From a virus, in the IMG/VR virus record IMGVR_UViG_3300006982_000001, positions 1 to 64,000 of that record: a DNA stretch of 64,000 bases; one strand, 5' to 3'. The notes under the pieces were generated by a model. It ran no database searches. It saw only the letters and a program-made list of their open reading frames with translations, and was not told the origin of the DNA. This document shows positions 7,918 through 15,682 of this stretch, one piece after another (position 1 is the stretch's first letter; each line of letters opens with the position of its first letter). Both the position numbers and the translations under genes were made by a program.

Positions 7918-8686
7918 ATAACACTTAACTACACCCATCAACACTTATCGAGTATGGAGAAGACGAGTATCCAGCTTTCCAAAGAGGTCCGGGATGAGCT
8001 GAAGTCTCTGGGCCAGAAAGGAGAGTCCTACGACGATATCCTACGGAGGGAGTTAGACATCGATGAGTAGTTGTCCCGCCAGTGGTTGCGATTACAATGG
8101 CACTAATCATGGTGTGAAGGTGCATTACGGACGTTCTCATGACGGGACTCTGGCAAAGACGTCTGTATGCGAGACCTGTAGGTGTGAGTATAAGATTCGG
8201 GATGGCAAATCCATCTCAGAATCGAAGTATTGTTCTCTTCCCTGTAAGAAGGCTTCTGAGGCGGGATGCAATACGCTTCAGGGATGGGCGAGAGCACGTA
8301 CAAATCGATGTCAGTGGTGCGATGAGTGGTTTGTTGCTCCACCCGCTGCTGATAGAGAGTTCTGTTCGCGAGAATGTACCGATATCCGTAGATCGGAAGA
8401 GGACATCCTGAGCGGAGACAATCATCCCCGGTGGGTAAGTGAAGAAGCCGATCGATACTGGATGTCTCAGTCGAAGGTTGAACAGGTTGTTCAGAGGGAC
8501 AAGCAATGTCAGATGTGTGGATTAAGTAACGAGGCTCACAAGGTTATGGTAAGCAATCGATTGCACATTCATCATGTGAAACCCCGACGAAAGTGCGAGT
8601 CCAGAGAGGAGGCTAATCAGCTGTCAAACCTCCTTCTTCTGTGTAGTACGTGCCATAATAGGCTCGATAACTTCATACGACAGACA
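7897..8686 (+). mobile_element. Low-GC RHH + ZnF-HNH cassette at the queE 3' end
   Basis: GC drop; queE ends ATGV*, HNH ORF ends QTGV* immediately before PRTase ATG. Confidence 0.45.
7954..8070 (+). CDS. Ribbon-helix-helix small protein, 38 aa
   Basis: MEKTSIQLSKEVRDELKSLGQKGESYDDILRRELDIDE; overlaps HNH start by 8 nt. Confidence 0.5.
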   Translation: MEKTSIQLSKEVRDELKSLGQKGESYDDILRRELDIDE

Positions 8687-8695
8687 GGGGTCTGA
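8063..8695 (+). CDS. HNH homing endonuclease with N-terminal C2H2 zinc finger
   Basis: CPASGCDYNGTNHGVKVHYGRSH; FCSRECTD; NRLHIHHVKPRR...NLLLLCSTCHNRLD. Confidence 0.85.
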   Translation: MSSCPASGCDYNGTNHGVKVHYGRSHDGTLAKTSVCETCRCEYKIRDGKSISESKYCSLPCKKASEAGCNTLQGWARARTNRCQWCDEWFVAPPAADREFCSRECTDIRRSEEDILSGDNHPRWVSEEADRYWMSQSKVEQVVQRDKQCQMCGLSNEAHKVMVSNRLHIHHVKPRRKCESREEANQLSNLLLLCSTCHNRLDNFIRQTGV

Positions 8696-8696
8696 G

Positions 8697-9164
8697 ATGG
8701 TCGAGAAAGAATACGTCGATTGGGGTGAGGCCGAGTCGGCCGCTGTCCAGATCGCCGAGGCCGCCGAGATGATCGACGACCCGGATCATATCGTAGGAGT
8801 CGCTCGGGGTGGGCTTCCGCTGGCCGTGATGGTCAGTCACGAGCTCGACCTGCCGATGACGTCCCTACGCGCGACACACTACGATGGGAAAGAACGGGAG
8901 GACGAGGTCGAGATCCATACGGATGGACTCGATCAGATCGAGGTGGGCGAAACGGTCTTGCTGGTCGACGACGTCGTCGATAGCGGACGAACGCTCCAGC
9001 GGATCACGGAGCTGTGGGATCGCTACGAGGTAGACCATCGAACCGCTGTCTGGCACGAGAAGCCCGACAGCGAGTTCAAGCCGAACGTCTCTATCTCTCA
9101 GACGGATAGCTGGATCGTCTATCCGTGGGAAGAACCGCGCACGATGAGGAACGCAGAACGATGA
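8697..9164 (+). CDS. Type I phosphoribosyltransferase (purine PRTase-like)
   Basis: PRPP loop VLLVDDVVDSGRTL; GVARGGLPLA; size of Hpt/Gpt-like enzymes. Confidence 0.75.
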   Translation: MVEKEYVDWGEAESAAVQIAEAAEMIDDPDHIVGVARGGLPLAVMVSHELDLPMTSLRATHYDGKEREDEVEIHTDGLDQIEVGETVLLVDDVVDSGRTLQRITELWDRYEVDHRTAVWHEKPDSEFKPNVSISQTDSWIVYPWEEPRTMRNAER

Positions 9165-9796
9165 GTCAAGAACCTATGACACAAGAGCACCCGGAGCAGG
9201 ATCCAGCAGAGTACCACTTCCGTCGCTTTATGGAGGAGATCGGGGTCGACCCGGACGGCGACGAGCACCTCGAGGAGACACCGAAGCGAGTCGTCCGATC
9301 CCGTCGCAACGAGCTGTTCGGTGGGAACGGTGACGATCCGGACGAGCATCTGGAGAAGACGTTCGAAGACGTCGAGCAGTACGAGGGCGACACGGGTGAA
9401 TACAGCGGAGACGCTGGCTGGGTGATCGTCGATAACATTCAGGTGGAGTCGATGTGTGCTCACCACTTCTTGCCCTTCCGCGGAGTCGCTCACGTCGGCT
9501 ACATCCCGAAGGACAAGGTCGTGGGACTGTCGAAGCTCGCGCGGGTGACGGACGGGTACGCTCGCCGGCCGCAGGTCCAAGAGCGGCTGACGAATCAAGT
9601 CGCCAACGCCGTCCACGAGAAGCTCGATCCGCTGGCGACGGCAGTAATCATTCGGTCTGAGCACTTGTGTATGACGTGCAGGGGTGTTCAAGAGCCGAAC
9701 TCCCAGACGTCGACAGTAGCGCTTCGTGGTGCTGTAAGAGAAGACGACCCTATGCGAGAAGAGTTCTACAATATCCTTAAGATGCACGAGAGCTAA
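9161..9796 (+). CDS. folE: GTP cyclohydrolase I (FolE)
   Basis: CAHHFLPFRGVAHVGYIP, GLSKLARV, RRPQVQERLTNQ; ATGA overlap with PRTase stop; last ~50 codons are low-GC. Confidence 0.9.
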   Translation: MSQEPMTQEHPEQDPAEYHFRRFMEEIGVDPDGDEHLEETPKRVVRSRRNELFGGNGDDPDEHLEKTFEDVEQYEGDTGEYSGDAGWVIVDNIQVESMCAHHFLPFRGVAHVGYIPKDKVVGLSKLARVTDGYARRPQVQERLTNQVANAVHEKLDPLATAVIIRSEHLCMTCRGVQEPNSQTSTVALRGAVREDDPMREEFYNILKMHES

Positions 9797-10528
9797 TACT
9801 CTCGTAATGGATTGTTCGAAGTGTGGTAAAAGTGTCCAGGATAGTCAGACTCTGGACGAACATCTCGAGCTTCATTCTTCGGGTGAGGGCGTCGAGTGTC
9901 AGGAGTGTGGGTGGCTATACGGTAGCGAGCGTACTCTGAAGTGCCACCATACCAAAAAGCACGGTAAGGACCCGGAGTGGACTACTTACGAGTGTGAGGA
10001 TTGTGGTGTAGAGGTGGGTCACTACTCTGGGGCTGAGGATCGTGTGAGTCGGTTTTGTAGAAGCTGCTATCAGGAACACAGATCTGCTGATACCATCGAC
10101 GTTGAGTGTGAGACTTGTGGAGCAGTTGAGTGCGTACCAGAGTACCTGAGTAGCAGGCGGTTCTGTAGTCCTCAGTGTCGTGCTGAGTGGGTTTCAGAGG
10201 AGATAGCAGGGAGAGATCATCCCAATTGGAAAGGTGGTGAGAGCCAGTACAGAGGCTCTAATTGGAATGAACAGCGTGAGAAAGCTCTAAATCGTGATGG
10301 ACATAAATGTCGTGTCTGTAGAGACGAAGAGCAGCTTATCGTCCATCATATCGTATCGTTTCATGAGTTCGATGGATTCCGTAAGGCGAACGATCTGGAG
10401 AACCTCGCAACGCTCTGTCGATTGTGCCACGGTTATCTGGAGGGTTGGATCAATCGGGAGGATTTGGGTAGACAGGGTCAGAAGACGGCCTTTGAGTTAG
10501 CTGAAGCTGAAACTCGGAGCACCTCTGT
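9640..10528 (+). mobile_element. Homing cassette: recoded folE 3' end plus ZnF-HNH gene
   Basis: GC drop from ~9640; displaced original folE end follows at 10529. Confidence 0.6.
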
Positions 10529-10532
10529 ATGA
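9807..10532 (+). CDS. HNH homing endonuclease with N-terminal C2H2 zinc finger
   Basis: CSKCGKSVQDSQTLDEHLELH; FCSPQCRAEW; HKCRVCRDEEQLIVHHIV...NLATLCRLCH. Confidence 0.85.
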   Translation: MDCSKCGKSVQDSQTLDEHLELHSSGEGVECQECGWLYGSERTLKCHHTKKHGKDPEWTTYECEDCGVEVGHYSGAEDRVSRFCRSCYQEHRSADTIDVECETCGAVECVPEYLSSRRFCSPQCRAEWVSEEIAGRDHPNWKGGESQYRGSNWNEQREKALNRDGHKCRVCRDEEQLIVHHIVSFHEFDGFRKANDLENLATLCRLCHGYLEGWINREDLGRQGQKTAFELAEAETRSTSV

Positions 10533-10663
10533 GCTGCCGGGGTGCTCAGGAGCCTCACTCGAGTACGTCCACGGCAGCCCTGCGAGGGGCCGTCCGAGAG
10601 GACGACTCGATGAAGCGCGAGTTCTACGACCTGATCCAGATGTCCGACAACGGGCGCGTGTAG
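10529..10663 (+). pseudogene. Displaced original 3' end of folE (44 codons)
   Basis: MSCRGAQEPHSSTSTAALRGAVREDDSMKREFYDLIQMSDNGRV*; 26/41 aa identical to folE residues encoded at 9671..9796; GC-rich codons. Confidence 0.8.
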
Positions 10664-10698
10664 GGCCGCGTGTACGGACCTCAGTAGAGAGCTGAGTC

Positions 10699-10748
10699 AT
10701 CCGTCGCGCAAAGGACGGATTCGCTCACAGCGCGTGTGAGCGCTTTTT
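10699..10748 (+). terminator. Two hairpins followed by T5
   Basis: atccgtc-N8-gacggat and gctcaca-gcgcg-tgtgagc then gcttttt. Confidence 0.5.
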
Positions 10749-10784
10749 AGAGGATGGTACGTGTACGACGAGAGGGTAGAGAAC

Positions 10785-10796
10785 CATAGATTTATA
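10785..10796 (+). promoter_or_regulatory. BRE/TATA promoter core
   Basis: CATAGATTTATA; 35 nt to ATG 10826. Confidence 0.6.
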
Positions 10797-10825
10797 GACT
10801 CCGATCCTCTACTGGCAGACGTAGT

Positions 10826-11527
10826 ATGGAGACAAAGACCGACCGTCAGCGAACGATGCTCCTGTTTGGCATCGTCGCCGCGTTCGTGGTATCGCTCGCG
10901 ATCTCTCAAGTGATCGCCTCAAAGCTCGCATCGTACTCACTACCGTGGTTCGGAGTCCTGCTCTACCCGGTAGGCTCGATCACCTACGCCGTCCTCTTCT
11001 TCTGCTCGGACCTGATGTCCGAGATGTTCGGGAAAAAGCGAGCGGCCTATATGGTGAACATCGGGTTCCTGATGAACTTTCTACTGCTCGCCTTCGTCTG
11101 GGGAGCTATCTTCGTCCCGAACTCTGGGGCTGGAGCGAGTCAGGGAGCCTTCGAGGAGGTGCTGACGTCGTCGACGAACATCGTCTTCGCCTCGCTCGGA
11201 GCTTACTTGATCAGCCAGAACCTCGACGTCTTCCTGTTTCACAAGATCCGTGGGATCACCGGGAAGTCGAAGCTCTGGCTCCGGAACATCGCGTCCACGG
11301 GGACGTCGCAATTGGTCGATGCGATCGCTTTCACGTCGATCGCCTATCTACTCCTGCCCGGACTGACGGGGATTGGACAGACGGTACCGATCGAGACCGC
11401 CGTGCTGATCGTGCTCGGTCAATACTTCATCGTCCTCGGAGTCGCCTTCTTGGACACGCCGGTCGTGTACGCCGTGGTCGAGGGGCTGGAGAAGTTCACT
11501 GACCTCGAGCGAGCCGACGTCGAGTAA
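10826..11527 (+). CDS. yhhQ: YhhQ/DUF165-family queuosine-precursor (preQ0/preQ1) transporter
   Basis: Multi-TM; FFCSDLMSEMFGKKRA and ASLGAYLISQNLDVFLFHKIRG...LWLRNIASTGTSQLVDAIAFTSIAY parallel E. coli YhhQ ATDLTVRIFG / ASFMAYALGQILDVHVFNRLRQ...APTASTLFGNVSDTLAFFFIAF. Confidence 0.8.
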   Translation: METKTDRQRTMLLFGIVAAFVVSLAISQVIASKLASYSLPWFGVLLYPVGSITYAVLFFCSDLMSEMFGKKRAAYMVNIGFLMNFLLLAFVWGAIFVPNSGAGASQGAFEEVLTSSTNIVFASLGAYLISQNLDVFLFHKIRGITGKSKLWLRNIASTGTSQLVDAIAFTSIAYLLLPGLTGIGQTVPIETAVLIVLGQYFIVLGVAFLDTPVVYAVVEGLEKFTDLERADVE

Positions 11528-11543
11528 TCGGTCTACCTTCTTC

Positions 11544-11555
11544 AATAGATTTATA
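11544..11555 (+). promoter_or_regulatory. BRE/TATA promoter core
   Basis: AATAGATTTATA; 34 nt to ATG 11584. Confidence 0.6.
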
Positions 11556-11583
11556 GACTTTGATACGGTAGAGGTGAGTGCTT

Positions 11584-11961
11584 ATGCCGCCACAGATTAG
11601 AACAACGTGGGCGAAGGTCAGTCTACGATTCGACGCTCACCACCGATGGGACGAAGCATTCGACGAGGTCGCTTTCCTTCAGAACGAACACCGTCACGAG
11701 TTCCACGTCACGGTACAGGTGCAGCAGTACCACGACGACCGGGACGTCGAATACATCCACCTCAAGCGCCGTCTCCAGAGCTGGATCGAGAACGAGTACC
11801 TACCCGAGGATCGGGATCTGGGTCAGAAGTCCTGCGAGATGATGGCCGAGGACATCCTCGAGAAACTGATCGAGTGGCACGGGAAGGGTCGTGCCTACCG
11901 AATCGAGGTCACGGAGGACGGAGAGAACGGAGCACTGCTCGAGGTGCCGGTCGATGAGTAA
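11584..11961 (+). CDS. Divergent PTPS/QueD-like T-fold protein lacking the catalytic Cys
   Basis: RFDAHHRW...NEHRHEFHVTVQV...SCEMMAEDI...EVTEDGENGA follows QueD layout but CxxxHGH is replaced by LQNEHRH. Confidence 0.5.
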   Translation: MPPQIRTTWAKVSLRFDAHHRWDEAFDEVAFLQNEHRHEFHVTVQVQQYHDDRDVEYIHLKRRLQSWIENEYLPEDRDLGQKSCEMMAEDILEKLIEWHGKGRAYRIEVTEDGENGALLEVPVDE

Positions 11962-12184
11962 CGATCAGTTCTACCGTCTGGTCGAGTCGTGGCCGGGCTC
12001 TGAGTGGCCGCTCCCGCTGGAGGATGAAGTCCTCGAACAACTCAACGAAGTCGCTCCACCGGGCTTCCACTACGCCACAGAGCCGTCCCTGAACGGGCAT
12101 CCGCGGGTGGAGCTCTACGAGTACGTGGGCGAGTTCAATCCGATGGAGCTGGCCGAGGACGAACACCGTGAGCCAGAGCGATGA
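11954..12184 (+). CDS. Hypothetical acidic protein
   Basis: ATGA overlap with upstream stop; GC3-rich. Confidence 0.55.
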   Translation: MSNDQFYRLVESWPGSEWPLPLEDEVLEQLNEVAPPGFHYATEPSLNGHPRVELYEYVGEFNPMELAEDEHREPER

Positions 12185-12369
12185 CTGAGGAGGAGGACAA
12201 CGGTGATCACTTCAAGATCCACGGCTCGCTCGGCAGCCTGAGTCTGACTGTCGAGGGTGGGGATGAGGAGTGGGTGAAAGAGACGTTCGATGAGGAGTGG
12301 GAGGAGCGGATGGAGGAGTCCGCAGAAATCAGCAAAGCTCTTCGCGACGGAGCTCGAAGCCATCAGTAG
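12181..12369 (+). CDS. Hypothetical acidic protein
   Basis: ATGA overlap; EEWVKETFDEEWEERMEE. Confidence 0.5.
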   Translation: MTEEEDNGDHFKIHGSLGSLSLTVEGGDEEWVKETFDEEWEERMEESAEISKALRDGARSHQ

Positions 12370-12581
12370 TGAGAATCTGCCTTAACTCCGGGGACGTCAA
12401 GATCAAACACGTCCGAACGACCTACGACGGTCGGATCACGGGGTTGGTAGAGGACTTCGGCGGGACGTGGGGTACGGGATACAACTACCGTCTGCGGAAC
12501 GCGAAGGGGGAGGAATTTCTTGCGGAGCTGGTGGAGATCGAGAGTCACAACGATAAGACCCGGCTAACCTTCGAGAAGTGA
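12369..12581 (+). CDS. Hypothetical protein (GTG start)
   Basis: Only start codon after upstream stop is GTG 12369; GC3-rich. Confidence 0.4.
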   Translation: MRICLNSGDVKIKHVRTTYDGRITGLVEDFGGTWGTGYNYRLRNAKGEEFLAELVEIESHNDKTRLTFEK

Positions 12582-12628
12582 GTGTCTACACCGAATTATA
12601 GGTACGGATATAGCCAATTCCACAGACC

Positions 12629-12640
12629 AATAGATTTATA
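12629..12640 (+). promoter_or_regulatory. BRE/TATA promoter core
   Basis: AATAGATTTATA; 35 nt to ATG 12670. Confidence 0.6.
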
Positions 12641-12669
12641 CACATAGACCAATTATCCTCGACCGTAGT

Positions 12670-13053
12670 ATGAGTACCGAATCAACGGGGACGCATCCGG
12701 TCTACATCGGACGCGATCTCAAAAAGGAGGTCAAGGTCGAAGCGACGCAGAGAGAACTGACGATGCGCCAGATCACGGAGCGGCTCATCAACCGTGGGAT
12801 GGAACGCGGCTTCCACACCGATCCACTTCCGCAGGAGTTCCACGAGAAGCTCGAGGAGATCGAGGAGGAGGTCGAGCGAGCACGCGACCTCGGCGATCTG
12901 GATCGGCTTCAGGATCGTCTGGACGACGTCGAAGCGGACTTCGAGGCAGTCGATCTGCCGGAGGAGGACGCCGAGGACGACATCCAAGAGGAGATCAACG
13001 CGGTGTCCGATGCGATCCAGACGACCCGCGCTGACTTCGAGGACGACGAATAA
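12670..13053 (+). CDS. RHH-like N-terminus plus acidic coiled-coil protein
   Basis: HPVYIGRDLKKEVKVEATQRELTMRQITERLINRG then E/D-rich helix. Confidence 0.5.
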   Translation: MSTESTGTHPVYIGRDLKKEVKVEATQRELTMRQITERLINRGMERGFHTDPLPQEFHEKLEEIEEEVERARDLGDLDRLQDRLDDVEADFEAVDLPEEDAEDDIQEEINAVSDAIQTTRADFEDDE

Positions 13054-13074
13054 CGATGCTTCTGGGCGAGACCG

Positions 13075-13428
13075 ATGTCTGATGGAGACGAGGAGTTCGA
13101 CCGGGAGTACCAACAGCGCGAGCGGAAAGAGGCTCTGAAAGAAGCGTCCCAAGAGCTGGCTTCCGACGATCTGGAGTCTTTCGTTCTCATCTCGTTCGAT
13201 GGCGATCAGTCGAAGGTGACGATGCACGCTGATCAGTTCCACCAAGAGACCGAGATGCCGATGCCCCAGATGCTTCTCGCGACCCTGATCTACAACTACT
13301 CACAGCGCACGGACATCGAGCCGCTGCGGATCGGGCAGGCGGCTACCTACGCCGCCGAGCAGATCTTCCACGACGCTACGGAGGCAGACTTCGTCCGCGA
13401 CTTCGACGACTACCTCCGTGATCAGTAG
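13075..13428 (+). CDS. Hypothetical protein
   Basis: Acidic GC3-rich ORF. Confidence 0.55.
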   Translation: MSDGDEEFDREYQQRERKEALKEASQELASDDLESFVLISFDGDQSKVTMHADQFHQETEMPMPQMLLATLIYNYSQRTDIEPLRIGQAATYAAEQIFHDATEADFVRDFDDYLRDQ

Positions 13429-13493
13429 ATCTGTTGTGGACCTTTAAGTCAAGCAAAGTGCGGTAAAAGAGGAACCCGTACATAGGGACGAAG

Positions 13494-14351
13494 ATGTCGA
13501 ACGAACCTCTGGCACTCCAGAAAGTCAACGAACTCCGGAGCGTCGTCTCCGATCAGTCTGATATGGCCGAGATGGTGGACACGCTCGCCACCCTCCTCGT
13601 CCTCAGACAGGATATGACGAATCCGATGCTGGGCGCAAAGGTCACCTTCTGGGAGAAGCCCGAAGGCGAATGGGTGGACATCGATTACGAAACCTACCGA
13701 GAGCACCACGAGAACGCCGACGTCCTCCCAGACGATCCCGAGGAGATCTACAGCGAAAGCGAGCGCACCGGGCGTATGTCTCGGGACGATGAGGAGGGTC
13801 TGATCCGTGAAGGAGAGCCGTGGTGGCTCCGCTGGCGACGGATCGACGGCGATCGGAACAGCACGATCCCGGACGGTACTCACGAACACGAATTCACTCA
13901 ATACAAGCAATGGTCTGGTCAAGAGGAGCTGGACGAGAGCGACGTCCCCGACGAGATCCTCGAGGCGGACGGCGTCGGCGAGAAGCAATCAGTAGCCGAG
14001 GAACGCGCTGGTGAGGAGTGGACGATCTACCGCTCCGGAACGGGCGATGAGCGGAGTACGACGTACAAAGCCGATCGACTCGTCCACTGCTCTGAGTTCG
14101 TGGGACGTCGGGCGATCGTGATCGAGGCCAGCATCGCCGAGCAGCCGAACGATACGGAGTTCTGGGATCCGAATCGACAGGAATACACGACGCCCGAGGA
14201 CTATCCGATGGGCACGGTGAACGTCACTCTCCCGGAGGATCCCGAGAACGTCCTCGGAGAAGACTACGTCCACGAGATGCGGATCGAGACGAGCGTGGTC
14301 CCAGCTGATGGAGATCCGGGGAGTCACTCCTACACTCCGGGCTGGGACTGA
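13494..14351 (+). CDS. Hypothetical acidic protein (285 aa)
   Basis: Long acidic ORF, no motif recognised. Confidence 0.6.
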   Translation: MSNEPLALQKVNELRSVVSDQSDMAEMVDTLATLLVLRQDMTNPMLGAKVTFWEKPEGEWVDIDYETYREHHENADVLPDDPEEIYSESERTGRMSRDDEEGLIREGEPWWLRWRRIDGDRNSTIPDGTHEHEFTQYKQWSGQEELDESDVPDEILEADGVGEKQSVAEERAGEEWTIYRSGTGDERSTTYKADRLVHCSEFVGRRAIVIEASIAEQPNDTEFWDPNRQEYTTPEDYPMGTVNVTLPEDPENVLGEDYVHEMRIETSVVPADGDPGSHSYTPGWD

Positions 14352-14395
14352 GGGCACACCTTTTCGTACCTCCGTCACCTGATTCCGGGTAGGAT

Positions 14396-14560
14396 ATGGC
14401 GCAGCCGAAAGATCCGAATCCGATGCCCGGCTACCGACGAGCGAGTCGCTGTCCTGACTGCGGAGCTTTTGCTCGAGTCGAGTTCAGGCGCATCGGGACC
14501 TACTATGTAGAGTGCTCTAACTGCGGGACTGAGGGCCGATTCGACGAGGACGAGCTATGA
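14396..14560 (+). CDS. Small zinc-ribbon protein (54 aa)
   Basis: CPDCG...CSNCG; below ORF-track cutoff. Confidence 0.45.
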   Translation: MAQPKDPNPMPGYRRASRCPDCGAFARVEFRRIGTYYVECSNCGTEGRFDEDEL

Positions 14561-14580
14561 CGTAAGGAGATATCTAAACC

Positions 14581-14592
14581 AATAGATTTATA
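14581..14592 (+). promoter_or_regulatory. BRE/TATA promoter core
   Basis: AATAGATTTATA; unusually 175 nt before ATG 14762. Confidence 0.6.
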
Positions 14593-14610
14593 CTATGGGG
14601 GCGTGTATCA

Positions 14611-14761
14611 GTAGATGGAAGCGGAGAACGGAGAGGAGGACCGGGCACCGACCCGAGAGGGTGGAGGTGTAGGTCGTCTCCTCGTAGGGTTCGACTCCCT
14701 GACCCACCGGGCGTCCTCCCGGTGAGGCGATCTCAGTGACGCGCCGCTTCCGGACCTAAGA
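14611..14761 (+). promoter_or_regulatory. Long structured 5' leader containing a tRNA 3'-half-like element
   Basis: 8-bp closing stem ggaagcgg (14617..14624)/ccgcttcc (14744..14751); T-arm-like taggg-ttcgact-ccctg plus acccacc-g at 14685..14709. Confidence 0.4.
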
Positions 14762-15034
14762 ATGAACGCGATCAACCCCGAAGACGTCGACGAAGGCAGC
14801 ACGATTTCGATTGAATACACGCCCGAGAGCCGCCTGCTCGGACGCGGTGGCCGCAAGACGATGGAGGACTGCGAAGTCCTCGAGCAGATGGGCCAGATCG
14901 TCAAGGTGGCGAACCCGTTTGAGGACGACGAGCTGACGCTGATCATCGACCCAGACGGTGACCTTTGGGCGCGAGAAGGTAACGACGCGTCCACGGACGG
15001 ACTGTTCGGCAGCAACGCTCGGGTGGTGGCCTGA
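14762..15034 (+). CDS. Hypothetical protein
   Basis: Starts MNA like the MNE/MND leader class; acidic. Confidence 0.55.
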   Translation: MNAINPEDVDEGSTISIEYTPESRLLGRGGRKTMEDCEVLEQMGQIVKVANPFEDDELTLIIDPDGDLWAREGNDASTDGLFGSNARVVA

Positions 15035-15249
15035 TGAATCTCGAACTCAGCGTCGGAGATCAGTTCAATTGGCACGATGACCCCGCGCCGTCCCCCGGAC
15101 CTGACGTGGAGATCCTCAAGATCTACGAGGACGAAGATGGTCACGAGCAGGTGCGGATCGAGGATCTCGGTTCGGAGACGACCGTCACCCGAGAGGACGT
15201 CGAAGAAGCGCTGGAGACAAACCGGCTTCGCCGGGTGAACGACGAATGA
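15034..15249 (+). CDS. Hypothetical acidic protein
   Basis: TGATG coupling; acidic. Confidence 0.5.
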   Translation: MNLELSVGDQFNWHDDPAPSPGPDVEILKIYEDEDGHEQVRIEDLGSETTVTREDVEEALETNRLRRVNDE

Positions 15250-15479
15250 TGGACACCAGCGATCTGGACGTCGTCGAGCAGGCAGTCGAGGAGTCCGACG
15301 ATGTCCTCAAGGTCGGCTCAGTGGACGATGTACGCGGTGTGATCGTCTTCGTTGAGGCGGACGACAAGCAGACCGTGATCGATCTCCTCGACGATGAGGA
15401 CGCTGAGATGGCCGTCTACACGGTCGGGAGCGACACCGACGACGTCTACCGGATCGGACTCCCGATGGAGGCCATCTGA
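15246..15479 (+). CDS. Hypothetical acidic protein
   Basis: ATGA coupling. Confidence 0.5.
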   Translation: MMDTSDLDVVEQAVEESDDVLKVGSVDDVRGVIVFVEADDKQTVIDLLDDEDAEMAVYTVGSDTDDVYRIGLPMEAI

Positions 15480-15682
15480 TGAACCGAGATGCCCTCGAGT
15501 ACCTGTTTGAGCAGATGAGCTGCTCGTGGTGCGACCTGAGCGAGCGGGACAGTACGGTGGACGACGGCTATCTGCTCCGGACGAGCACGCTCACGAACGA
15601 CGAACTCGGTGAGATCAGCGCCTGCGGAGCTGGTGTTGAAGCCTATCCGGGTGAATGGTTCCGGGTGTACGACGATGAGTGA
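15479..15682 (+). CDS. Hypothetical protein
   Basis: TGATG coupling. Confidence 0.5.
   Translation: MNRDALEYLFEQMSCSWCDLSERDSTVDDGYLLRTSTLTNDELGEISACGAGVEAYPGEWFRVYDDE

Noticed and set aside
6399-11961. A complete 7-deazaguanine DNA-modification system (QueC, QueF, DpdA) in the window.
   Set aside because: I looked through all ORFs for QueC-like (SGGxDS) or TGT/DpdA-like motifs and found none. Only the precursor part, the transporter and the PRTase can be supported here.
14685-14709. Interpreting the tRNA 3'-half-like element (and 42611..42642) as an attP site of a temperate virus.
   Set aside because: No integrase or recombinase gene is visible in the window, and 42611 is better explained by HEG insertion. 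The idea is kept only as a hypothesis to test for 14685.
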